From Paraspadella gotoi (lineage: Eukaryota; Animalia; Chaetognatha), in assembly GCA_051294375.1 (NCBI GenBank), contig CM119264.1:5482218-5546217 (forward strand): a DNA stretch of 64,000 bases, read 5' to 3'. Position numbers and translations under genes: made by a program. The notes beneath the pieces were generated by a model. That model saw only the letters and a program-made list of their open reading frames with translations, searched no databases and had not been told where the DNA came from. Shown one piece after another: positions 36,445-50,254 of the stretch (position 1 is the first letter of the stretch; every line of letters starts with the position of its first letter).

Positions 36445-39400
36445 TGAGAGGGATGATGGGACATCATATGATCACAGATAAAAAGAGTCCTGGAATGATT
36501 AGATCCCAATCTGGTTCTGAAAATAGAAAGACGGGAATAGAAACAAAAGAAAAAGAAGAAAAGTATTAAAGAGATAAAGAAAGAAAGAAAAAAACTAAAG
36601 ATAAAAAGATAAAAAAGTAGGAAATAAATGGGTTAATGAAACAAAGAAAGAGAAAAGAGTGGAAACTAAGAACATTGAGTACACAAAAAGAAAGAAATTA
36701 TAAAAAGAATAAAAAACATTTTTTTTTAAAAAAAGGAACAGAATAAAATTAAGGACCAAAAAAAAAAACACCACAAATTAACCAAAAAAAAGAAACATTT
36801 AAAAGAAAACTAAAGAAACGAAGGGGAAAAAATCTATTAATAGAAAACAAAAGAAAGAAAAAAGAAGGAAAAGTGGTTGTGAATGCGGAGACGAGAGTCC
36901 GTCTGGTCAAGGATAGAAATTCCATGCTCGCTCCCCCTCAATTGAACCGCTTTCACCCCTCATCCCCATCGCCCCTCGAGGACAAATTGCGCAGAGACTC
37001 AGAGATAGAAAAAAGTAACAGAAAAGGTTAGATAGAAAAAATAAAATGATAGGATGTGACACAGGAATCGAAGTAAAATTGACAATATTTATATCGAGTG
37101 CGAATAATGGTGCAAATATTGAGAGGTAATATGAAATATATGATACGAGGATGGAATATAAGAAGAGAGGAGATAATGAAGAAAGAAAAGAAAGAAAAAG
37201 TAAGTAAAGAAAGAAGAATACGAGATGATAAGGAATAAAAAAAGGAAGATAAAAAGTGTATAAATACTATAGAAAAATGATATAAAGTAAAAGAAAGTCA
37301 CAAGTAACAAGTATAAGAAATGATAAGTATATAGAAAGCAAAGGAAAGACAAGAGATAGAAGATTATGAAAAAGGAATAAAGAATTAAATCATGATAGAT
37401 CAAAAGTCAATCAAAGAATATAGCAAAGAATCATAGAAAAGCAACAAGAAAGAAAGAATGACGAAGAATATAGAAAGATAAGTTGATATATGATTTTTCT
37501 GGCACATATGTTATTTTACATATGAAATTTAGATCACTAGGATCTGAAGGTCTGGGCGAGGAATCGACTATAACTGTATTAAGAACGGGAAAGAAAAACA
37601 GAGTAAGTAGTGTAAAGAAAGAGAACACAGAGTTCGAGAATCGATGAGGGAACCACGAACAAAAAAGGGATCAAAATAAGAGTCACTGTAAATATAATAT
37701 AATATAAAAATAAAGATAGAAATTAAATTAGAAGTAATTAAATATGAATGCACAAGAGGAGAGTTAAGTGTGATCAAACAGACGCATTAAGATATAATGA
37801 GCGAAAGAAGAGTAAACACTGATCCGGAACGGATGATACGAGAGAAAAGGAACATAGAAAATGCAACGGAAGAACCGAAGAGAAAAAAAGAAGTTGGGAA
37901 ATGAGAAGGAGACAACGACTCTGGAGTTGAGAGAGATAATAGTGGGAGCCAAATCAAATATACGGATTGACTAACCTCGAGTTGATTGGCGATTGACATG
38001 AATACAGTAAATTAATAGGATAAATTGGATTTATTGACAATTCATATATGATTGAATCTGACTGCAGTTGGATTTTGAATTAGAGAGGAAGATGGATTAA
38101 TTATAACTGAGAAATTATGAGTTAGATTAAAACTTCTTGTGCACTATTACATTTGAAATAATGAAATGAAAAGGAAAAAAGAAGTCGAGAAAATCTAATT
38201 AGTTCTCGCAATCACATACGTCTCTTCTTTTTGGCGCCTTTTTTTTCCCATTTAAACCTCCATTTCCACTTAAACGATTAAAAAAGAAATAAACATAAAA
38301 AAATTAAAGGTCAATTGCCCGCATCCACTCTCGAGTAAATTGGCATTCAGATAGTGAAATATATATTGTTTTTATTTTTTTTCCATTTGAACTCTATTCT
38401 TCCACTAAACTCACCGATTACATCGAAACTTTCATATCTTACTCGATCATTCACTACAGTTCCACCCCACACACAAAAATTTCATTCGTAAAATTTTTTT
38501 TTGCATAATTTAATCATAATTTGACTCGCGTTCTGAAGATGGATCTTAGCTAATGACCGATTCAAAGATTAGGGGAGGTGGGAATAGAGCGACCGCAAAG
38601 AACGCGCGTGAATTATCATAGAGGTTGGCAATCCTGGCGATATGCAAAGTCCGAACTTAAAACATAGGTAATTGCGATAAATAATTTTTATGGTCTTTAA
38701 AAAAGAAAATTTAAAGGAAGATTTAAATTTTTACAAGAAGGTATATCTACTGCATTTAAACTAAACGTCGTCTTAAATCCTCGCCATTCGTTCCTATGTC
38801 TTTGAGGATAAAAAAGCGTCACGAAGCTGAGATGGCGCACTTACGTTTCCCTGTTGGTGGTCAAATATGAGCGAAGAAGAATACCTAGAAGGATCCTACA
38901 TGGTAGAGTTTCTGCTAGACTGAATTTTACTTTATATCATTTTTTTTTTCAACTTCTGAAAATAGTTTGCTGGCTTTATGGTAAACGATCTTTCATACGG
39001 AAACTTAGAAAAGTTTGCTTCAAAATAATTATACGTGTAATTGGTCCATTTGGGTCTTAAGCTTATTATTTTTTTTCTCTAATATAGTTTTTTGGACCAT
39101 AATAAATTAAAGATCTTTAATTTTTTTTGCAGCCCGAAAGCGGCGCGCTTTCTGCTTTCTTCTTTTCTGTGCCGACGAACGAGGCGCTATCAAACAGAAC
39201 TTAAGATCCCACCTCTCCGTCGGCGAGGTTTGATTTAGGAAAAACAGAGAGAACTCTCACTGTTGACCAGAAGTTTGACTGCCACTTTTAATGAGTCAAA
39301 TAATGAGAAAATATGCCTTAATGAATCCTGCTCTCGTACAGGTGGCAAAAAAATCTTGGGCCGCTCCCGATGGTCGCACCAATTCGTCGTGCCCATGAAA

Positions 39401-42400
39401 ATAAGAAAAGTTAATAACGAACAGCCGAGGCGGAACAGGACAAGGCACGGTACGGAAGCAGGAAATGGCCCGCTTAATCGGGAGGAGGCAAGAAACTGAA
39501 ACAAATGACAAATCCGACCCCATGTTGTAGCCAAGAGGAGGAAGAAGAGGAAGAGGACGAAGAAGAAGAAGACGAGGGATGACGAATAGCCGATTTTTTT
39601 TTTTTCGTTTTGCTCTTATTAATCAATCGTGGTTTTCTTTGTTAGTGTGTACCGGTTATGTTTTATTACAAACTGTACAGAGCCGAAAACATTTTAGAGC
39701 CTCGTCAAAACGAGACCCGTGGAGGAAAACCCCTTAAAATGTGTTTGATCCAGGATTTAAAAACCTTTGCAATCGTCATTTCCTGTCGCTCTGCTCAAAA
39801 TGCCGACTATCAACTTTTTATGAAAAAAATTGCAATAAGGTTCAAAGTAATGTTTAATTTAATGTGTCGGACTGTGCAATTTTGTTCAATTGTTCCATTA
39901 TTTTTAGCACGTTTGATGACGAGCTCAAGTAATTATTTCTTCAAATCCATCTCATTTGAATCTGTTCTCTCGTTCCCCGCTAATTTTGTTGACCTCTTTG
40001 TATTAATATCGATGAATTTGTTCTTGATACAAAGCATCGCGAAAAATAGACAAATTAATATCTTTTTTTATTTTTTTTTATTTTTAATTCCTAAAAAACA
40101 AACGTTAGTTAGCTTTAAAATAATATGGCATATATTCATCAGAAGGAAAATTTGAATACTTCTATTATGCAGAACTGAAAACTCCCGCCAATCAAGTTTT
40201 TCAAAAAATATTATATCTTCGCGAAAAATTATAAAAAAGATTGATTAAAACCATTGAATACTGGCTATGAATCCGTGTTACTCACGGATAGCGACACTGG
40301 CAAAACCATATAGCTTTTAGAAGTGTATAACAATTTCTGCCTCTCAATATAATTACGAAAGTCTTCTTATTCACGCCGGCTTTGATTTGACGAAGCCAGT
40401 CCGTTTTTGTCCTCTCGATCCTTTCGCGAATTCCTGAATTAAAACATCATCCATTGCTCGAACTTCATGAGACTTTACCTGTTTCCGATCTGAACTCAAC
40501 AATATCTCTTAGCCTCTTTTATGATCGATTCGCGTCGGATTTTTTTTTTCTGCGATAAAAAATGGCGTGGTCCTGAGGACCAGTTAAGCCTGATTCGAAT
40601 AAAGATTACGACATAAAGTTAACTGCGTCTGCTCTTCGACACCCTATAACCTGAAGTATTCTCACGGACTTGATTCCTCAAATTGCAGTGGGGGCATTTT
40701 TAACTCGTCATAAATAAAGCGCCGAGGCATCTCGTCTTCTTTACTCCCCTCCGAGCACGCCTCTCGCTCCGTCCCCCGCCATTTTCTTTCTCTTATCACT
40801 GCAAACAATGCAAGCAAAGACGTTGTCGATTTCGGGGATAAAAAAAAAACAAAAATCGAATCTCGAAAAACGATTCCTTGCATTTTTTCGTATTGTTCTT
40901 TTTTCTCAGCGATAGTGTTCGTGCTCCAAAAAGACAAATGGTTAAGAAATAGGCCGTCCTCCGTTAAGAGGAGGTTATTCACCTTAACAATGCGTTAATC
41001 TTTGATGTAATTAGAGCTGATAATCATAAATTCCAGTCGTAGTTATCAGTAATCACAAAAAATATTTTTTAATTATAGTGTAATGGCAGTGATTTTGCTT
41101 TGCGGTATTTTTCAAATAAATGAAATTGGAACTCTAAATAACTAATTAATCTTTTTTCCCAACTGATAAATAGCTGAAACACTATTTTAAAAAAAACCGG
41201 TTGGCAATTAGTTATCTTTTCCTTATAACATAGAACATCACTGGGTGAATTTCTATGCTTTCAAAATACGGTAAATCCACATTATTTCTTTCACGAATTA
41301 CGGTTATCCAGGCTTTATTAAAGAAGAAACGAAAAACGATTTTTCATGCGGTAAGTCAACAACTTTTAAGATAAATTGCTCGTAAGAACTGTTGCGTTTT
41401 CCCTCAGTATATCTAACTGCTTAGGCAAAAAAATCGGCACACTATATATGAACTTTTCTTGTTTTCCCATTTTTTTTTTGTTTAATTTCTTTCTTTTTCG
41501 AAACTTTGCTTCTGACCCTCTCCTTATTCTCTTTCTCTCTTTGAAGTATTGTTTGATGCTTCACGCCCACCAAAAATAAGGCGTTAAATTTTAATTTTAT
41601 TTTCGACATATCAATAACTTCTGTCTTCACTGTCCTCATACCTTTCAATACATCATTACTCAATTCTTTGGTGATCGCTCTCTCTTTCTCTCTCTCTACT
41701 CCTTCTCTCTCCTCACTCTCCATCTCCCTCTCTCCATCTCTCTCCTCCTCTCTCTCTCTTTCCTCTCCTCTTCATCTATTTGACAGCAAAATTTTCTTAT
41801 AAAATTCAACAACTGGCGCTGAAGAAGACTACGGAAAAAGAGTCTCGAACATTGTCCGTTCAAAAAATAAAAAGTCGTTGTTTGTCCACCACCCACACTA
41901 AACTTTTTCTCTCTTAAGTTAATTAATTAAATCTTCGGGTACGCGTAATGATTTTATTCAAAGGGTTGCCCAGCAGATTTAAAAAATCTAAGATTTTGCG
42001 GAAATTTTTCCGCAAAAAGCTGTCGATCTGAGAGAAATAAATTTCTGATGCTTCTCCTTTCAATAAAAGCCAATGCGGTTTTTTTTAATACTCGTGCCAA
42101 CCTTAGTACATGTTTTATCAACTGATTAAAACCTTTATTTAAATCCGAGAATTCATCTACAAAAACTCACTCCGAGTTTTAGTTCACAATAAAACGAAAC
42201 CTCACACTAAATTTAAAAGTTGAAACTGTAAATATTAAAAATTTTTTGCAGCAAAATATTATTAATTACTTTTGCCCGCTAATTTTTTTAGGTACGCGAG
42301 AAGCAACCGTTCATTCAGGAAAAAATATTTTAATTAAATTGGTGAACATTTTTTGAAAAGGTGATTTTTTGGTTTAACAAATTGTAATAAAATAATAAAA

Positions 42401-45400
42401 AATGGTAAGTTTTTGAGACCAGTCAATTTTAAAAATTAATTCATAGGTAAACAATAGATGACCAACTGAAAAATGAACCGACTCAGAGGTAAATGAAGAT
42501 AAGAAGGACCCGCAAACCGAGTAAAAAAATTTTCTTACATGATCTTGGCGTTCAAATCATCAAGACAAAAGTGAATGGACAAAAATGGACATAATATTTT
42601 TAATTTAAAGTAGCAAAAATGATATTTATTCCTTGATTAGAAAATGCAGCAGATGATTTATTAATCTCCCGTAATGAGCCCACTTTGTCTTAGGCTTCAA
42701 ATTAATCAATTTTGAAGGTAAATATTCTACAATATTGCATAAAAGGGATTTTTTCTTGAAATGATATAAGAACATTGAACTGGAGGTATTTTCCCTGTTC
42801 AACAAATGATGTCAAAATTCAGGAATCCTCCGACAAAGTTGTCTGAAAGGCTTTCAAAAATTGTTTTTATCAGCATTTTAATTTGGTTATTTTGATATGA
42901 TATGATCATAAGGAAAAAGTGAATTAAGTTTATTTTGGTTAGTTTAAGTAAAAGAGGAGCTGACAAATTGGAAATTCTAAAAGTTTTTCACCGGATCCAA
43001 TTATTCCGGAACAAAATTTGTCTATGGCGAAAATCTTCCAAAGAAGGGGTGGGATTTCCGAAGCTTTTGGTTAATATTTTTCTATATTTATGGTCGGATT
43101 TTTTGAGAGACTGTAACAATAGCAGAAATATATTGTCCCGCATCCGATTTGACATGTGGCCCGGATAATAAATAATATACGGATATACAAAAAAACAACC
43201 TTGGCTTTTTCATCAGAGCGTTTAGCTCATGAACTATCCCTAAGCATTGGATGGGTAAAATGGCCACAGACTTTTGATTTTATTTTTTTCATTAACATTA
43301 TGGCAGTAACAATACATTCTCTGGTTACATTTAGGGGAATAATCCATTTTTGCTGCTGCCAAGGACCCGCTCCTTTTTGCCCCTAATACTGAAAAAAAAT
43401 ATCGATGTCCAGGAGCGATGTCAATTACTTCCTACTTTACTCTATCTCATGTCTCACTCGGTGGCAAGTCCTTCATCTCGGATCACACAAACAGCTACCT
43501 TCAATATATCGATGCGATAGTGACGGTGGAAGCTTCTCCTCGGTCAAGCCTGGCGAGGTGTTCTCTTCTCTCTCTCGCGACGCGTTTCTCTATATTTTCT
43601 CTCTGCCGCTGCTTATCGTTCTTTCGCATCCGAGGACTTGATTTCTCGGTCTTGTGCTTCTCAATCATTTGGGTTCAATCCCATAGTCTGTACGCAGCGT
43701 TACATTCTTTTTTATTCCAAGAGAATAGATATTAGATTCTATTTTATGCCGAGGGAAGTTTGTGCGGCTTTACTCCATAAAACTCTAAGCTGCCTCCGTG
43801 AGGAAAAGAAGAAGTTCTCTCGAGTTAAATCAAAAAAAAAGCGTTTTGCATTTCTCCGCTGCGTCCCATACTTCAGAGTAATTCTGCGCACACGACATAA
43901 AGTAGTAAGAGAAATTTTATGTTGGATTACTCCAAATTCAGGAGACAAGACGAAATAGTAATTATTGTCTAGACGCCATGTTCTTTGTTCTTTGGAGGCA
44001 TTGACGACATACTGGGCTCGAGAAATCTGCCGGACTGACCGCCAACTTTTCTCGTATCTATAATACATCTGAGAGCTCCTGTTGTTTCACATATAGTATC
44101 GAAATTCACTGTGAATTGTTTCTTTTTTCCGTTGTCTGTGCTTTGTGTCGGTTCTCTCTGGATAGGTTTTTGGAACGGAAAGGCGGCGCGTCTGTGCTGA
44201 GACCACCCTGCCCATTTGCGGACAGACGAATTTCAAAATCCTGAAGGGTAGACCAAGTGATGTCTAAAGAGAGACGAGGCGCTGCCCGGAAACTGTTCCG
44301 TAACACTGAGATCGAGGCGACGCGGGCCATCTAGGACCACATATATCGCAGAGGCAGGAGAGAGAAAAAAAAGGGAGAGAAGAAAAGCGAGCATTGGAGG
44401 CAGTACGCACACATAGGAACAGAAGAAAAGAATGTCGCGTACAATAGAAAAGAAACTGGAGTAAGGAAGAAAGAAAAGACAGGGTGCGAAAAATGAATTA
44501 TCGAGACAGTGTTGCCAGGATCGCCATCATATCGTTATATTTAATCGGCGAGGAAGTCAAAGTGCATGGAAGACAAGAGAGATGGGGATGCCGGGCTGTC
44601 GGATTTCCGGAGCACGACTTTTTGCGACCTCGATTCAAGCACGAGTGCACGTATGTAGAAGAGGAGAGAGAGGAGCAGAGAGGGAGAGCGGGGAACGAGG
44701 AGAGCGGGACGCGAGAGGAGAGCAGAGTTGATGAACGAGCGAGAGTAACGACGAGAGAGAGGGAGCGGCAGGTAAGGAGAGGAAGAGGACTGCCGTGAGG
44801 AGACGAGCAGACATGAAGGGTTCGTGAGGCGAGAAGGGCCCTAGATTACGGAAAGGGGAAGCACGGAGAGTCGACGATATTATTTGAGCGTGTATTCCGG
44901 TGCGCAGCGCCGAGGCCTAACAAGTCCGGCGCTCGACAGGTGTTGGTTGTGTGGCGCTCCCTCGAGGTGAACCAATCGAGGGGACGAGCTCGGAAAGAGC
45001 TGTGTCGCCGATTAGATCGAAGTTTACACGAATGTGATGGAGAACAGGAGAGTACGGAAACTTCTGAGGATGTGGCAGTACGTAGTACTCTGAAGAGAGA
45101 GGGAGAGCGAGGAAATAGTCAACCACGCGAACAATTACTAGACAAAGCCACAATTTGCGATAACACAAGACAGACAAACCAATGAGGCGTTGTAACAAGA
45201 GACCGCGCGTCGATAGGAATCGCGGTCTTTGTTGCGAGTATATACTGCTTTAAAGACTTAAATAAAAAGTCTTACGAACAAAGGTTGTGTTGCGTTTTAG
45301 TTGTCGTATGGCGTCAATATGAGCAATATCACTTAATGCAATAAGTGTAATAGTAATCCAGACAGCAGTATATGCACTATTCTATGAGAAGATCAATGAG

Positions 45401-45679
45401 TTCAGAATAAGGCAAAAAGCACACAAAAGGTCACACGAGACAAGCATTAATACTTATATATATTAACATTCCACAATCAACTTATTCGCATTAATAATGC
45501 AAAAAGGATCTTTTTGTTAAAAGACAGTAGGGACTTCCATGACAATAAGGCTTGCTTGATCTCATTCAGTAAACATACGGTGTTAATGAGACTATTCACA
45601 CTTATACCAAGAGTAAATAATTGTTATCACTAGTGTCAGAGAGAAGAGAAACTGGACTGCTATAAGTGGTGTTCTCTCT

Positions 45680-46520
45680 TAAGTTACATTTAGTTGTTTA
45701 AGGAATAGATGAGTGTTAACAGGGCTATGAGGACATGATGACGAGGCACGATATCCCAAGACTTGGTAACCATTACTCACATGCTGTATATTAAATCATA
45801 ATGGTGATGTCAATCAAAATGAGTCGTCACACGCCATGGTGAGAGAAGGTTACCCAGGACACGGGAATCAGTCTGCAATCCCTTCCCGTCTTTATCTTCC
45901 ACGCATTCTAATGTAATTTGTCTTCTAATATAAAAAAGTTTTATAATGTGATATTGCTATCTTTGTGAGCCTTTCATTGAGGATTATATTCCGGTCATCC
46001 CGATGTCCAACGAGGACCAGAAAATTACGAGGAGCTGAACGACAGTCTCCAATCCATTCGATCTATTTTTAACAATAATATCGTAAGAGTAAATAACAAC
46101 CACAGTAAAAAATTTAAGTGGAAAATATCTCTGTAGATTCCGACACTCTCAGCTACTGTATAGACTATTTTCTTGCTAAATATCACATAAAGACGCACTC
46201 ATAATGAATCACAACAATGTATGTCCGAAATTCTTCCAGAAATATTATCCCGAAAATTCTTAACGATTAAAAGGCGAAGAAATATCTGGACAAGTACCAA
46301 CAATCTGCCGTCACCACAATTTTATTTCCACATTCTATGGTATAAATCTGTCAAATTTCGAATTCTCTTTTTACAGGAGTCCGCTGAAGCAAGTAATTAT
46401 GAATACAATTATATGGATAAGGCGCTAAATATGGGCAGATAGACTAACTACCCGTTCACTATCATATTTAACACCCCCTCAAGCAGGCATGGAACGGGTC
46501 CTCCGGGCTTGGGAACCAGC
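45680..46520 (-). mobile_element. Degraded 5' end (UTR plus gag-like ORF1 remnants) of a probable I-group (I/Nimb-like) non-LTR retrotransposon
   Basis: Frameshifted minus-strand peptides in the expected order: KFDRFI (about 46341-46358), DISSPF/LIVKNFRDNISGRISDI (about 46220-46287), ILNE..KDSNIT (about 45948-45985), LGY and an IP..KC-like stretch (about 45690-45765). Recognised from memory of ORF1 patterns, not from a search. Confidence 0.35.
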
Positions 46521-47074
46521 TTATTTAATTATTAAAAACACAATTATTTTATTTAATAATCAGACCGGAACACAAAAAAATTGACAGCAGATTCAGCTAC
46601 GTCTAGACTTGCACAAGTGTGCAGTGTGCGCAGTGTGCACACGTCTTGTATGATCATTTCTATCTTTTTAAACTCTTATGAATCTCAAAGTTTTATAACT
46701 AACTTCCAATGGACTCAATTGGATTCCTTCCCATTTTCAAATTTCCCAATACGTCACGTTGCATTTCTCCCGCATACTCAGAATGTTCCCACCACTCCAA
46801 TGGATTCCCGCTCCCATTTTCTCTAATATTCCATCCTCCATTCTCATTTCCTAACCTTCCTCGATCCAACTGATTCTCCCCCTCTCCCATCTCATGTCAA
46901 CGACGGGCTTTCATTTCCACATATTACGCTCCTTCCCTACCCGGGCCTCCCCGACAGCTCCGATACTCTTCGCACCACCGGCCCCCCCCCCATTTCGCAA
47001 CTTCGCGACGTCGAATATTTATGGGCGAAATTAAAATTTTCATTGGAAATGTCTGGGAATTACCCGAGGCTCCT

Positions 47075-47107
<33 letters not shown>

Positions 47108-48200
47108 CGGGCCTCTTGGAACTGCGGGCTGGTCGCGGCAGATGAACGGCAAAGATTGCACGAGGACGACTTTGTGAGTTGACGAGGAGATGATTGGAAA
47201 GTGGATGAGGAGAAGATGATGAAAAGAGAAGATCGAGGAAATGCTGAGCGAGATGGATTGCAAGGGGACGAAGGACAGCGTAGAATGGGATACTTGATCT
47301 CGACCGTAGGATATATATAACGATGGGTGGAACGCGCAGCGCAGTGAGATAGGAAAGGAAATTGTGACGAGGAGATTGACGACGAATCATATCCGAGGAG
47401 ATGGACGATTCTAGAATAGAAGGAGGACTTTGAGACAAGAGAGAGAGAAATTCCAGAGAGAGAGAGAGACAGAGATAGAAAAGAGAGAGAGATAGATCGA
47501 AGAGAACGAGAGTAAAGAACTAAGGCGAGGAAAGAAAATCGTGAAAAAGTTAATTAGAGGTTGGGAGGCGCGATCGTCGCGCACCGCGTCCCTCGCTTGT
47601 CAATACATAAGCAGGAAATTTCAATCGGTCGGGTGGTTTTTCGTCGTTTTTTTCCTCCCTCCTATCGCCTAATCATCACGACCCGGCCGGGGAACCCGTT
47701 GCCGCAGCAGCCGTCGCAGCGCCGCCGCTAATCGCGTCGCAAGAGGCGGGCGGCACCAGCTGTTCGAAGCCGCCGCTGTGGCTGTCATCTATCTTCAAAT
47801 CCGCCGACTCGAAATCGTTTTTTCCTTTTGTTTTTTTTTTTTCCTTGTCTATTGTACCTGTGACCCACTTTCGACTTTGCCGGAAGAACTGTCATGACGC
47901 ATTGTTATTACGAACATGTCATGGAGCCGTTCATGGTGAAATGTTTAATTGTCAAACATGTCACGGGTCGCGAGACCTTAGTTGAACCGGTGCATTGCGG
48001 TATGTACAAAAAAGAGTTGCGTAAAAAGGGTCGAGCTCAAATATTTTCAGATCAGAAGTCTTCGTTAGATCATGAGATACAGAATGATAATAATAACTGG
48101 TGACCAGATGTTGATTCGATTAAGACAATCTAAACTCACGTACCTACTACCGTCTTCCGCCTCGTCTCTCCTTAGCCACCCTTCTGTCTTCAAAACTCAC

Positions 48201-48596
48201 CTTCTGTGAACGAGGATGCTATGCTCACCGACCCTCCGCCGTCTCCGATCTCTCAGCGTCGGAGGGCGTTGCTAGTTAGCGACGGAAGTTTGCTGTAGCG
48301 AACGGAAGTTGACGTGAGCGACGGAAGCCGGATGCCTTGGCGCGACGACGGGCGCTAGTCTTGCTGCTGGTGTGGTGGCGCGTGACGAAAGGGAACGGAT
48401 TGATCGAGGCTGAGGCGAAGTGAGGGGCGGAAGTCCGTCGTGGGCGGGCTTGCGAGCCAGGCCGCCAGGCGTGGCGCGGCTAGCGGGGCTGAAGCGGGCG
48501 AGTTGGCGCGGAGGGCGAAGGGGGCGAGTCGTTGAGGAGTGAGACTCCGTCGTCGTCGCATGGGCATTCCGCCCACGAGGAGGAGGAGGAAGAGGA
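48201..48596 (-). pseudogene. Indel-corrupted second copy of exon A (likely assembly duplicate)
   Basis: Colinear with 54853-55216, with matching splice-site flanks, but many small indels that break the frame. Confidence 0.6.
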
Positions 48597-49152
48597 CTGG
48601 AAAAAGGGGGATGGAAGTGGACCGATCATTCCGTCATCGATCAAAACTCGATCTATCAAATCGTTCAAACTGTCGTTGTCATGGTTTTTCTCTTCTTGTC
48701 GCAACTATACGTCTCTTTCTCTCTCTCTCTTTTCTCTCTCTCTCTCTCTCGTCTCATCTCTCTCTCTCCTCTCTCTCTCTCTCTTCTGCTCTCTCTTCTC
48801 TCTCTCTTCTCTCTCTCGCTCCCCACGTCCGTATCTTGCTCTCCTACTTGCTCTTCAGACGACACGGGCAAACATCTACAGACTGAAATAAATTAACGCT
48901 TTGATTTCTTTCCTTTTTTTCTTTTTTTTTCTTTTTTCTTTTTTCATCTTTTTTGTAATCGGGCAAAAATCGCTGAAGCCCGAGCGATCGCTGACAAAAG
49001 GAAATGAGAAGCAAAAAAATGAAAAGAGATATCGAAAAAATGGAACAATGCCACATAGTTTATCCATACTCTTTTGAGGATGATAGAGAAAGAGAGAGAT
49101 GAGAGAGAGAGAAAAGAGAAGAGAGGAGAAGAGAGGAGAGAGAGAGAGTGAG

Positions 49153-49206
<54 letters not shown>

Positions 49207-50181
49207 ACCACACCTCGAGGGACTGGATTAAAAAAAATATTTCATGTTTTCCCAAATATGTGAGAAAACTCAGTACTGAGTCCAGTAGTCGAGGAAGGCG
49301 GGAGAAGAAAAAAGAGCTCATAATTTCTCTCCCTTTTTTTTTTTCTTGGCTCTTAATCCATTCAATCTTCGTCCGTCGGTGCAAGTGCCCGGGTCCGACA
49401 GTGCCGGTGCAGTGCCGTGTGGCAGTGCCGGAGTGTGCGGCACCAGAGTAAATTCGAAAATTTATTTATTTCTCGGGGAACGGGTGGAGACTGGCGGTAG
49501 AGAGAGAGCCCTCGCTATCATTTATTTATTGAAATTTTAAGTATATTGTTCTTTTTCTTTTTTACTCTATCATTTTATTCATTTATTCATCTTCGTTAAT
49601 TTTATCGGATTAACTCGTATTTTTATACGTACATTCATTTATTCCTTTATACCTTTCAATACACTTTTAAATTTATTTTATTTCTAATTTCAAGAGTTAA
49701 CAGAGGATCATTTTCCATCGTTTACTTAACGTCCTCTACCGGCTATACAACTTTCGCCGTCGCAATGAAAACATAAAAACAAGAAGCAACAACTTTTTCT
49801 TCGAATCTGGCGCCAAACGAGTTCTCGTCCCATGAAAGAAATACCAGAAGTCCACGGATGCCCATTCGTGACAAGATAAGTAGTCAAGATTCTCTGCTCC
49901 GCCCTTTTAAACGATGCCATATCAAGCTGATGCAACCATTCGCTACGCCTCGAACCGCGACGTTGAGCTTTCTTTGATGCCATCTTCTCGCGATGCCATA
50001 GACCGCAAGCTGGATTCCATTTCCCCATGCGGTCTCGACAAGTCGCGGGATTTTGGCTCCCGAGGTAATGCAACGCGATGGCAAGACGCCGATTTCATTC
50101 CGCTTTCCTCATAATCAAACAAAAATGAGAATTTTAAACTCTGAGCGCCGAGCAGAGAGAGAGAGAGAGAGAGCAAGAGAA

Positions 50182-50254
<73 letters not shown>

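Larger units (their letters stand above)
31340..36940. repeat. Duplicated block of about 2.1 kb (31340-33480 vs 34737-36940) carrying exons B and C, likely assembly artefact
   Basis: Second copy starts immediately after the 25-N gap at 34712-34736; the copies differ by indels. Confidence 0.8.
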
